Source: an uncultured Planctomycetia bacterium (GTDB taxonomy: Bacteria > Omnitrophota > Gorgyraeia > Tantalellales > Tantalellaceae). Taken from it: DNA of 64,000 bases. Below the pieces are notes generated by a model. The model ran no database searches, had not been told where the DNA came from, and saw nothing but the letters and a program-made list of their open reading frames with translations. The DNA lies in contig CAZNEE010000003.1 of assembly GCA_964572255.1 (NCBI GenBank), forward strand, positions 118,539 through 182,538. The letters run 5' to 3'. Made by a program: the position numbers and the translations under genes. Within the stretch, counting starts at the first letter, position 1. The number at the start of each line of letters is the position of its first letter. This document shows positions 16,801-28,800 of this stretch, piece after piece.

Positions 16801-19800
16801 CCTGAACAAGATCAACATCGAATGTTATCGTACCGTCTTCATTTATTTCATAATCGGTCCCCCCGGGTTTTCTCGAAACGCGTATGCTGCTGTTCTCCTC
16901 ATCAATCTTTATTACATCATCGGGATCGATGCCGAATAATTTATAATATTCATCAAGCATCCCCAACCGGGCGAACATCTGCTGCAGGTGATCGGTGAAA
17001 TACTCGAAATCCCATCTTTCTCCTTCTCTTTGATATCTCTGCCTCAGAAACTCCGTATATAGGACTAATAGCTCAAAAGATCTCTGCGCCTCTGTAATTC
17101 TGTCTTCTCTAACGCTCTTTTCATATTCATCTACAAGCTGGACCATCATGGTTCCCCTCAGGTCCTTGACTCCTTCTCTCTCGTCTTTGAACAGGTCTTC
17201 TTTCTGTTTAGGCGTAAGATTTATATTTCCTTCGATATAATTTCTGATCGTGGGCTCGAGAACAAGCGCTCTTGCCTTTTCGGCACGGGCTGCTTGAACA
17301 TTGGACAAAACACTTAACCCGATGATCGACATGAAAGGCAATATAAAAAGAAGTCCTAAAATCACGCCCTGGTATTTTGTCCACAACCATAATTGCTGGA
17401 TCCTTTTCTTCAGCGTCCTTATTTCGCCAAGCGCGAATTTGACTATAGCCGCCCGCCCGCGTGTCCAGAAAAACTCACCTGCATAACGCGGCACAAAAGA
17501 TCTTTGTATGTCCTGTATGGAGGCCGGGGCTATATTGTTCCAATAATGGATCATCGCCGGAGAAAGTGCCCCGAACTTAAGCGCGTGTTTCGGCCTTCTC
17601 CCCACAATAAAAGCGTATTGCCTCTTTCCGACATACCTGACCAAGAGATCAACGCCCTTTAATGCCATGAGAATGCCTGAAAAGACCAACCCCGTGATCA
17701 GTACCCAGTGAGGCATCCATCCCCCGATATACAAGATGCCGGTAGTTAAGAATGAAAGGACGCCTACTACGCCGACTCCGGGACTTATATGTATCGCACC
17801 CAATGCGTCGCGGCGTATGCTTTCCACTTCCTCCAGTATCTCACCAAGCGCGCGCTGGAACCTTTCAATGTCTCTCCTCTCAGGATTTAAAAGAGATAGT
17901 CTAAGTTCACGATATGCGCCAAACGCGTAGCTCTTTTCCCTTATTTGATCGACTATCTCGTCCGGTTCAGTATCGGCTTCAAGTAATTCCCTTATCCGGC
18001 TTCTTACATCCGCCAGTTCCGCTTCATACGGGCTCAAAAGAGCGATTATCTCTTCCGGTTCGGCATAATCCGCAACATGTACATCTCCGATCCCTTTTAA
18101 TTTGCGGAATTGCTTGTCTTCTATCCTCTTTCTGAGCGCTTCCGCTGTCGCTTCTTCATCCATAATAGCCCGGGTAGCCGCCGTTATGATGACCATCAAT
18201 GTCAATGTAACTGGAGGCGTTAAGAAAAAGATGCCGCCGACCATTGTCGTTGGAAAATATCCAAACAGGACATTTAAAAACTCGCGCGTGGCATGCCCCA
18301 AAACGGATATCAAAATACCCGCAGGGCCCGCACCCGGTAGAAACGTGCTTTCCGCGGCAAGGGTAGCGAGAAAATATATAACGGGAACGCCTAACATGAT
18401 AGCGGTAAGAGTGCCGGCAAAAGTTGTTGAAGATAAATACGCCATGTGCTGAAATTTTCTCCAGCCCATGGTTTTTATGGGATCTACTTGCCATTGTTCG
18501 TTCCTCTCAAGGCCCGCGCGCGTGCGCAAAGTATATAAAGCTTTACCAAATTTATAGAAAAGTACGCCGAATATAAGAAATCCGGCAATTGACAAACCTA
18601 TACCGATAATCGATCCAAACCCCCCGAAAGCAAGCATGAGGTTCCTTGAACCGATAAGAGACCATACCGATCCCAGTCCTATATGCTGGCCGAAAAACAT
18701 CCAGAACGCCGGCCCGAAAGAAACTATCGACCAGAACGCCTGGAGAGTTATCCATCTTATGCGCTGTTTTAACCATCCCGGGCCGAGTGCCGGCAGGAGA
18801 TCCTCAAGCACCTGCGTGAATGATCCCACGAGTCTGGTCGCTTTTAATCTGTATAAAGCCAATCTGCTCCCAAGCTCGGCATCCTCTATCTGGTTCATGG
18901 CGTCCCATGCACCCGAGACCTGATACTGCGTGAGATGTTCTCTTAAAGCGGCGGAAGGTGTTTTGATCTCTTTATCGGGGCTTATCATCAATCCGAGACG
19001 CCTGAAAAATCTGCGCGCCATGGACATGGATCCTATCGATTCCTCACGTTTTGTCTCTTCAGATTGTATGGCTTCCCTTAAAGGCCTTAGAAGTTCCTGT
19101 AAATTCGCCCTTACTGAAAGAGGCACTTCCTCTAAAACTTTTCCCGTTTCATCCACTACGGGCTTTGTGTAGGCGAGCGTCTCCCATAAAAAGCCGTTTC
19201 CCGTACCGCCGAGGAATAAGAACCCCGCAACGGTCTGGCCGACCTGGACTGTCGCATGCCAGAAGAGATAGTCCAGATATGACAGTATTGACCACTTCGG
19301 GCTATAGAGCGGCACAAGACGAAGTTCCGTCTGGATAACAGCGGGAACATTTCTCAGGCGGAATTCACTGTTTATAAATTCTTCCGAGGGCAATATTTGC
19401 CCGCCGACAATTTCCGGCGGATAAGTCTTAAGGAACGCCCATGTCATGTAGATAACACGGTTTCTCGCAAGATCTTCATCACTTTGCCCTGCCTGCCTGG
19501 CAATGTAGTCCCGCATTTCATCCTGATCCCTGTCAAGCAGATCTATAATGCCGGCATCATCTGTCTCGAGCTGTTCTTTTAGCGAATTCACCGCTTTGGT
19601 GTATTCAGTTTCAAGTTCCTTTCTTTGCGGTTCGTAAGATATGAGCCAGCGGTCCTCATCCTCTTCGTTAACAATGCCGCTGATCTGTTCATTAACGGTC
19701 CTCTCGCGCATCGCCCAGACAGCGGTCTTCGCCCTGAATAAAAGGCGCGTGAAACGGTCTTCTTCATCGGCAAGTTCCAGATAATCCGGATCCGGCTCGC

Positions 19801-22800
19801 CCCTTTCGGCGTAAAAGAGCTGTATCGCCTTAACGGCCTCAGCGTTCATGGGAGGTTTCATCCTCGGTTTTCTCTGGAATTTAAGGTAGTTGATTCCGAA
19901 ATCCGATACCGGAACTATGTTGACATTGCCTCTGTAATCGGAAAGAGTGCCTTCGGGTGGCACCTCGCCTCTTTCGGCCATCAGATCCAATATGTATTTT
20001 CTTGCGGGTGAGATAAGCTTGATATTCTCTCCGCCGAGAACATACCTTATCTCATCCAATCCCCCCTGGATGCCGGTCGTAAGCTCATATTTCTTGTCGC
20101 GTCTTTTTTCATCCTTTTCATATTCCTCAAGAAGCATGACCGCCTGATCCTCTTCCATGCCTCTTGCTTCGCCGTATGCTTTTACTTCATCTAATATCTT
20201 TCCGACATCTATCGTTTCATCCGCGCGAAAAGCGTCTATTCTTGCTTCATCAAAAGCTATAAAACCCCTCTCTACCAATCCCCTTAAGACGCTTAAAAGG
20301 TTTCTCCTTGAAATATTCACCCTTAGGTAATCGTCATCGTCCATTACCGGGAATATATCGATCGGGCGTTCATAAACCTCTCTTGCGCTTTCCACCATTC
20401 TTACAAAATTAGCTCCGGCGCCTTTGCCGAATGTGGTATCCATGATGACATATTTGGGGAGAAGTTCTTCTCCGTATGTACTTATCATATACCTGACATC
20501 GTCCAGGCTTAAGTTGGCCATGACGTCTTCATGTGTATATCTTACAGCCGCCTCCATGTCATCAAATTCTTCCGGAGTGTAATTTGCCGCCAGGCGTTCA
20601 TCGCTTTTGATGATGTCTATCAGGCCCTGCCTGTCCTCCCTGTTGGCGATCGTTATAACTTCGAGTATAGGATACTCAAGGCGCAGACGGTTTAACGGCC
20701 ACTTGCTAGGTTCCACTTTTCCCCAGGAACGCATCCATCCCTTGAGGCCCGAGTATTCATTTGATATGCTTTCGATCATATCCTGAGAGACTAAACTGAC
20801 CACTTCGGGATCTTCAGGGTCATACCCGGTAAAGACACCTTTTTGAGTAAGGCGTTCGACGGATTCATTTTGCCTGCGTATGAATTCTTCTTCGCCCAAT
20901 ATTTCGGAAAGAGCTTCAAATGAGACTCTCGCGGATACAAAACGGGCAATGTCTCTGTCGATCACTCCCTCGTTCTTGGCTCTTTTACGGAAACTGTTAG
21001 CGAAAAGTACTACCTTCTCTATCATAACGGTGACCATGTAACCCATCATCGCGGCGGTAATGGTCGTAAGCACTGATATAACAGCGTTAAGATCAGGGGT
21101 TTCAGGTATCGATATCACTCTGGTAAGCATTATCCTTAAAAAATATGAAAGGAGGCCGAACAGAATAAGCGATACAAAAGCGCCTTTCAGGCGAAAACCG
21201 TGCCTTTCTACCCCTCTTGCGGTGCTTGACCTGGCGGGCCCTACACCGCCGTAACCTTTAGCCTGCCTGACAACCTGCTTAACGCGCCATTCCCTGCTCC
21301 CCGCATCTCTCTCAACAGCAAAATCCAAAGGTTTCCCCTCGCGATACAACGAGTCGATGCTCTCGATCCGTTCTCTAAGCCGCGCGGCGAAAGTGGGCAG
21401 GTTCGTCAAAGGTACCTGGTGCACCGGAGTAAAACCGAACCTTGAATGATACTCGCGCGGACCATTATAAGGAACGTCTTCGGGAACAGGTCTTTGCGCA
21501 CCGGGCAGAACTTCGGTAAACTTGTTATACTCATTATCCCTGTATATGGTGGTAAACTCTTTTCCTTTTAAATAAAAAGTGGGGAGATTCCTTTGCACAT
21601 CACCTTTGGGCGTGTGGAATCTTGAATAAAGAATATAATCTCCCGTATTGTTCTTTCTTAAAAATTCTATCCATTCGCGCGTATATCTCATGTAATCGTA
21701 CAGGTTTATCTCCATGGTCTCCCGGGCAATGATATCAGCGGGAGCCGCGTACCTGGGCTGGGTGGTAAATGTAAGCATCTTCTTCCATTCTTCGCCCGTA
21801 AAGCCATCCGCACCTTCGTCGATCAGTTTTTCCAGTTCCGAAATGATCTCATTAAGCTCGGGCTGGAGAATATCCATCGCCTCCGCTTGCCTTGCCAATT
21901 TATCCTTTTTGCTTCTTACAATATCCCTTATAAGTCTTGAAGCAGTAAATATCCCGTAAAGCAGAAGGATAGCACCGGCCGCCCATACGCTCCAGCCATA
22001 TCCTGTAGCCAGGCCGGTTTCAAGTGCATTCCTCATGTTTATGGATAAAAATCCTATGCCGGCAAGAAATGCCGGAATGCTCGTCCAGTTCATGAGCGCC
22101 GCGGGTTTCACTTTTTTCCCTACTCTATCGTAATAAATGGGTTCAAGTGCACCGTGCGCCTGCCAGAAAGTATCCGTGATGCGATCGACTATTCCCTCGA
22201 TCCTGTCTTCCGCGGCGTTAAAATCATATCTTAAGGGGGCCGTATTAATGAGATCCGCGGCTATATTGATATCCGTCAAAACGGGTAAAAGCCCCGGGGT
22301 TTCCTGTAAGGCCGAGATATTGGAGTCTGCAAGCCTTATCTGTTCGTCTATCAAACTTTTGTCCGGATAATCTTCAGGCAGGATATCGCTCTCGAGTTTA
22401 AGCGCGCCTCTGTGAAGCATGAGAGCGTGTTCTATTAAATTGCGGGCTTCTTCGGAAAATTCATATTCCATGACGCCTTCGGGCCCGGCACGCCTCCTGA
22501 GTGTATATTTTATCCAGTCCCTCGTATTCGGCCATACACCCGTTGTGTTCTCCACGTAATAGTTGTTGAGGCCGTCCACCTCATACAATTCATGTGCGAA
22601 CCTTGCCGCGAGGAAAAGATCCTCCCCGTTCTCTATGCCGCTCTCCAGGCCCAGCCGGCGCAATCTTTCAAATTCGTTCCTTGTGATGTGTATGGACTTC
22701 GTGCTTATGCCTATGTGAGTTGTCTGGCCGGTTATGAAAACATCCTGCGGCACCTCATAAATAAAAACATCGAATGTATTCAGCATCTCCAATAAGCGTC

Positions 22801-25800
22801 CGTCTGACAATGCTTCTATATCCCTGTAATTTTCTAAAGCCCCGGTTATTGCCTCTTTTTCTTCGGGGGTTATCTGCGTGAATTTGCCTTCATCGCGCAG
22901 TCCGCTTATTTGCCTGTTTATCTCTTCATGCCTTCCCAAAAGGTCTTCCGAGACCAAAGCCTGCGGCACTTCCCGCGAGATCAAAACCTGCGGCTCTTCC
23001 CGTTCGGCAAGCTCCGCTTCTTCGATCTGGTCAGGCGCTTCCGCTTCTTCTTTTTTGGCGGGGCGTAATTTAGCCAAGAGTATCGCTATGCCCAGGAACA
23101 GGATAAAGAACGCGCCGGTTATTTTTCCTCCGGTCACAAGAAACCTTACAAGGCGGGAGCCCTGGATATTCTTCTCCATCTGGCTTACGACTTTCTCTAT
23201 CCTTTCGCCGCGCGCGATCCTTATCTGCGCTTTTATCTCACCTTCTACTTCTTCGTCGGAATATCCCAGTCTTAACTTTTTGCCTGTCAGATCTCCGACG
23301 AATTTTGTGAAACGATAAAATCTTTCCGTATCAGTCCATCGTTCTGACCCCGGAACAGTTTTTAAATATTTCTTAACGCTGCCCCTTCCGGCGATATCAT
23401 TGAAATCATTTCTGAAACTTACATTGTCAAAATCCTCTATGCCATGTCCGCCGCTCCAGTAAATAAGCGTCCCCAAAACTTCCCTTCCTTCAGCTGTAGT
23501 TAAATTTATATCATCGGGAGTTATAGGCCTTTTCGGCGATGAATACATCTCTATATATCTTTCGATGGCTATGTCTTTGAGCCCGGCTGCCTCTCGCAGG
23601 ATCCTGTTCCGCGCGCGGACCGAATACTCTGAAAGATTCTTCTTCCACCCTAAAACCGTGCTGAATTCATCTTTGGTCATGGACGGGACCTCGGCATCCT
23701 CGCCGAACATCAGATCTCTCAGCGCGCCGCCCATGAAATCCTCAAACGGAATTCTTGCTCCTATATCCTGCGGCTTCACGTCTCCTGAATCCGGATCTAC
23801 CTGCACATCCTCCCTTATGCCTGATATTTCCGCTTCAGTTTCATAAGTGATCCAGTATCCCGCAGGAGCTACTTCGTCTATAAGTGTGTTCGTCTCAAAG
23901 ACCCTCGGCTGGCCGTTGATCTGGCCGTACCCAAAGCGGCGCGTATATATTTCTTTTCCTTCTTCATCGCTTAAAACTCTCTCTTTCACCCTTGCAGTGT
24001 AGCCATAGTATTGCGTTCGTTCGAGAGATCCATCCGCCCTCGTAATGGTGATCAGCCTGCCGATCTTCCTTCCGGGAAACGGCCTGTCTTCATATTCATA
24101 CCTGATATCGCCCGTTTCGGTCGGCTCGGTCAGGTCCTTGGCTGTTACCAAAAATATTTTTCGTCCTGTAAGAGGGTCTGTTATCTCTTCGCCTTCAAAA
24201 GCGGCGATAACATTCTTTTGCGAAGTATCCACGGTCCCGTCCGGATTTATCACAACGCCAGCCACCTGCTGTTCTATTCTGTTAAAATTATCCGCCGGGG
24301 TCATGATGGTTTGCCCGGCCAGATCAGGATCTTCTCCGACCTTCTCGAGAAGCTCCGCATCATCAACATACTGCAAATAGGCAGAATTGCCTTCTATTCC
24401 GATCCTTGCTATTATCTCTCCTTTCACGACCCGGTCTTCAAACTTGCCGAACCAGACCTCGCGCATATCCGTTGCCTCATGCTGCACATACACTCTGTTT
24501 GGGTCGGCTTCATCAACAGTATAAAAAATGCGGCCTATTACCGGATCGTTCATGTCATATACGGTTTTGGTCAAAGCGCCGCGCGCGTCATAAACTTCCA
24601 GGATATCCAAAGTGCCTCCCGTCTCGAGACTTTCATGTCCGCGTGATATGGTAAGTTCCGTGTAACCGGAAAATGTTATGTCATTCGCCTCGCTTATACT
24701 TACGCCTTCACCTTCCGCGAAGCCTTCCGGATTTGTGATAGAAACAAGAAGATGCCTGGGCTCACGGACCGTTCTCTTGAGGGGCGAATATATGCCGATC
24801 TCCGTAATCGTCTTGCCGTCTTCCGCATATGTATATGAGATGCCGGGCCTGTCAAGTATGTTCTGTTCCCTGAATTCAGTGAAGGGAAGCTCAAGCTCTT
24901 CTAATGCATCGCCTATTCTTATCCCTTTTACCGAACCCGGTACATCCAGGGGCTTGTGATCCTTGTAAAGACGTCCTTTAAAAAGAATGTCCCCTCCGCG
25001 GACCACCTCGATAATGTCTTCGCCTTCGGCGACAACGCCCACTTGCTGCTCCTCCGTCTTGTTTCCCTCGAATATATAGACCAGATTCGTGCCTTCAGGA
25101 TTGATGTAAGTGAGATTGCGCGCACCGTCGGGATTGAACACGATAAACTCTGTCTCCTCCAGGACCTTTTCGCCCTCTACAATAACAAAGCTTCTCACAC
25201 CGACAAGCCGTGACCCTTCCGGAACCGGACGTTCTCCTACAGGCATCTCGGCCGTGCCCTCGATACTGACGGATTCGGTGGACTCTCTCACTCTTTCATA
25301 TCCTGTAACAGATAACTCTACTTCGTCAAAATCAAGTTCGCCTAAAAACGGGGATTCGAATGAGACCAGAAGGTCCCGCTGGATGCCCGGCTTAGCAGGA
25401 GCCTCATATGAAACTTTCACTATGCGCTTGGCGTCGGGGGATTTTTCAACGACAGCGATACTTCCCGCCGGGATGCTGTAGCCTTCGACCTCTATATCCT
25501 CCGGGATATCAAGCGTGTACAGAATATTGACCGCTTCCGCCGTGAGCAGCGTATCTTCCGCGCTCAGCATAAGCGTGCCTACATCAACAGAGGCCGCTCC
25601 GAGCTCATCTCCGTAAGTCACCGATATTTTCCCCCTGAATCTTAAAGGCTCGATGATTCTGCCTCTTTCGTCCGTTCTTGCGGCTATTTCTTCAACAGAC
25701 TCCTCTCCGAGGCCGGGGGCTACGCTGTAAACTTTAACGACCCTGCCGGTACTATCCTGCACTGTCACATAGGTATTGATATGATTCCCCGTCGCGTTAT

Positions 25801-28800
25801 CGTACACATTCTCGATAATACGCGTTATCACTTCCCCTTTTTTATCAATAAGGCCTCTCTGGATATTTACCGTACTTGTGACGTCGGTGGGCTCTCCGTT
25901 CTCATAAACGATCTTTTGATATTTCATCCTTTCGGCCCGCAGGTCGGTAGGCTCGGGTAACAATATCTCCTCCTGGATGTTATCATCCTTATCGAATGAG
26001 GTCATTTTGGAAACATTACTGGTATTACCTTCGTATTCTATTTCCTGAGTTGATCCGTCCTCTCTTACAACAAGAGATACTCTTCCGATATTTTTTCCGG
26101 GAAGGATCACGTTATCATATACGTATCTAATATTGCCTGCTTCATCCGCTTCGGCTAAATTTTTTGCATTTACCACGAATCTTTTTGCACCTGTTTCCGT
26201 ATCCGTCTCTTCCTCTCCTTCAAATGTCGCCGTAATTTTGATCTCTTCCTTGTCCACAGTCCCGTCCGGATTAATAGTAACTCCTGTAACCTGCCGCACC
26301 AGATGATCAAGATCGTCCGCCATGGCAATTATTGTCTGGCCTGCCAGATCGGGGTCTTCCCCCGCTCTTCTAAGAGCTTCGGCATCATCAACGTAATCGA
26401 CATAAGCCAGATCGCCTTCTATGCCTACAGTTGCTACCAGCTCTCCTTTTTCGATAGTCCCGTGCCAGACCTCTCTTAAGCCGGTCTTTTCATGTTCCAC
26501 GTATACCCTGTCCGGGGCGGTTTCCGTGTAAACAACGCGGCCCCTTTCGGGATTATCTGTATCGTATACGGTCTTATCCAAAGCTCCCGTACCGTCAAAA
26601 AACTCCAATATGTCCACCACCGTTCCATCGTCGGTTATTTCATGTCCGCGGGAGATGGCCAGCTCCGTATAGCCTGATATTTTTATGTTCCTGGGATCAT
26701 CCAGATCCATCCCTTCGCCCTCGGCAAAACCGTCGGGATTTGAAATGGTCATAATGGGATACCTCGGCCGGCCTTCTTTTCTGTCTAACGGTGAATATAT
26801 GCCGACGCTCTTAACGGTCCTGCCGTCTTCCGCGTAAGTATATACGGCAACTGTCCCGTCGACTACGTCCAGGTCGGGATAACTTACGGAAGGAAGTTCC
26901 ACATCTTCAAGGCCTTCGGCAGTTTCCACGCCTTTTACCACGCCTGTCGCGGGTATGGGCACCTGCCGCATCAGTAGTTTTCCTTTAAAGGAAACGTCTC
27001 CTTGAGCAATTACCTCGATAACATTATCGCCCTCACCTATGATCGCTACCTGCTGTTTTTCGAACTGGTCGCCTTCCATTATATAAACCCTACTTGAGCC
27101 TTCCGGATTTACATACGTGATATTGCGCGTGTTGTCGGGGTTCAAAACCATGAATTCCATTTCTTTGGGCACTTTTCTGCCCGCATCATCGATCGTAAAG
27201 GTGCGAATTCCCCTTAAGCGGGAACCGTTTATCATTGTGCGTTCGCCCACAGCAAGCTGGGCCTTACCTTCGACCGCAACATCTTCCATGAATTCTCTTA
27301 CCGTCCGGTATCCTTTAAGCTGTAATGTTTTTTCATTAAAATCAAGCTCGCCTAAAAATGAAGATTCAAACGATGTGATGAAAGGCCTTCTTATCCCCGG
27401 CCTGGCTGGCCCCAAGAAAGTAACTTTAACGATCCTCCTGCCATCAGGTGACTTCTCAATATTAGCAACACTCCCTTCCGGGATAAGATATCCTTCAGCA
27501 TTAGCGGCCTTCTCGATATTTATTGTGGAAAGGACATTCACGGCCCCGCCGGTAAGTTCGACATCGGTCTGTGTCAATTCGACAGCTCCGCTTTCTATGG
27601 ACTCCGCTTCGATCCTTCCCGGGAAATTAACGGCTATCCGGCCCTTGAACTGATTTGCGATGACGATATTGCCTCTCTCATCGATCATCCCGGGGGTTTC
27701 TTCGATCTCCTGGGCCCGAAAATCAGGTTCGATCGTGTATGTCTTTATTATCTCGCCTTCGGAATCTTCCATCGTTATATAGGTTTTGGTAAGCCGTGTT
27801 TCATTGGTCGCCATGTTCACGTCATATATACGCTCTATCGTACGTACAAGTTCCTCCGGCAGGCCGTATTGAACTTCTATTGAACTCATTGATCCGGTGG
27901 GGTTACCATCGATCAATATAACCTTCTTATATTTAAAACGTTTTGCTTTAACGTCATCTTCCGTATGCTCTGCTGTTATCCTCACCTCCTGCACCCTGCC
28001 GTCGGGAAGTGTAGACCTCTTGATGATCGTGCCTTTATTATCCTGTATTTTTGTCTCGAATAGTTTCCCGGACTCGCTGTAATGCTCTTCTATTGTTGCC
28101 CCTATGTAATAAGGCGCATCCTCTTTCGGAGTGGTATATACGGGAATAAAAACCAGATTATCCCTTCCGTCGCGTGACTTGGCCGAACGGTTGATGCCTG
28201 TTCTCTGGCGGAATATGTTCCATATGGTCCTGTTCAGGAGATAATCCGCGGGTTTTCCGTCCCTGCGGAATTTTTTGTCGCTGGCATTCTCCCAGTCTTT
28301 CGACCTGAAAAGTTCATGAATGACATCCTCGATCGTAGCGCCTTCTTCCACCATGGCGTTGACCCTTTCAAGCTGCCGGAATTTCTCGCCCAACGGATGC
28401 CCGATAATACTTATGGCCATCGACTGGATCATCATCTCTCTTTCGGCCTCGCCGAGTTCTTTTAAGGGTCTGCCTTCAAGCCCCTCGACAGGAGATGAAT
28501 GGGCATCTATCTGCCTAATAAGCCTGTCGGAGATCTTCTGCTCTAAGGGAGTCCCTTCATAATACGTGGTGAACGTTTCCTCTCCCGGCTGGAACACTTT
28601 CAGGTTTCGATCCCTGTATTCATCCCCTCCGGGGAGATCTTTCACGGCCTCATTAACATCGTCCTGGATCGGGCCTCCTTCATAAGCTGAGTCCACAAGC
28701 GAAGCTCCCGCTCCGACTATGCCTACCGGTGATGGAACCATGAATAATATATGCTTAGCGACTATTCTCACTCCGTCCCAAAAATCCTCGGAATCGGGTT

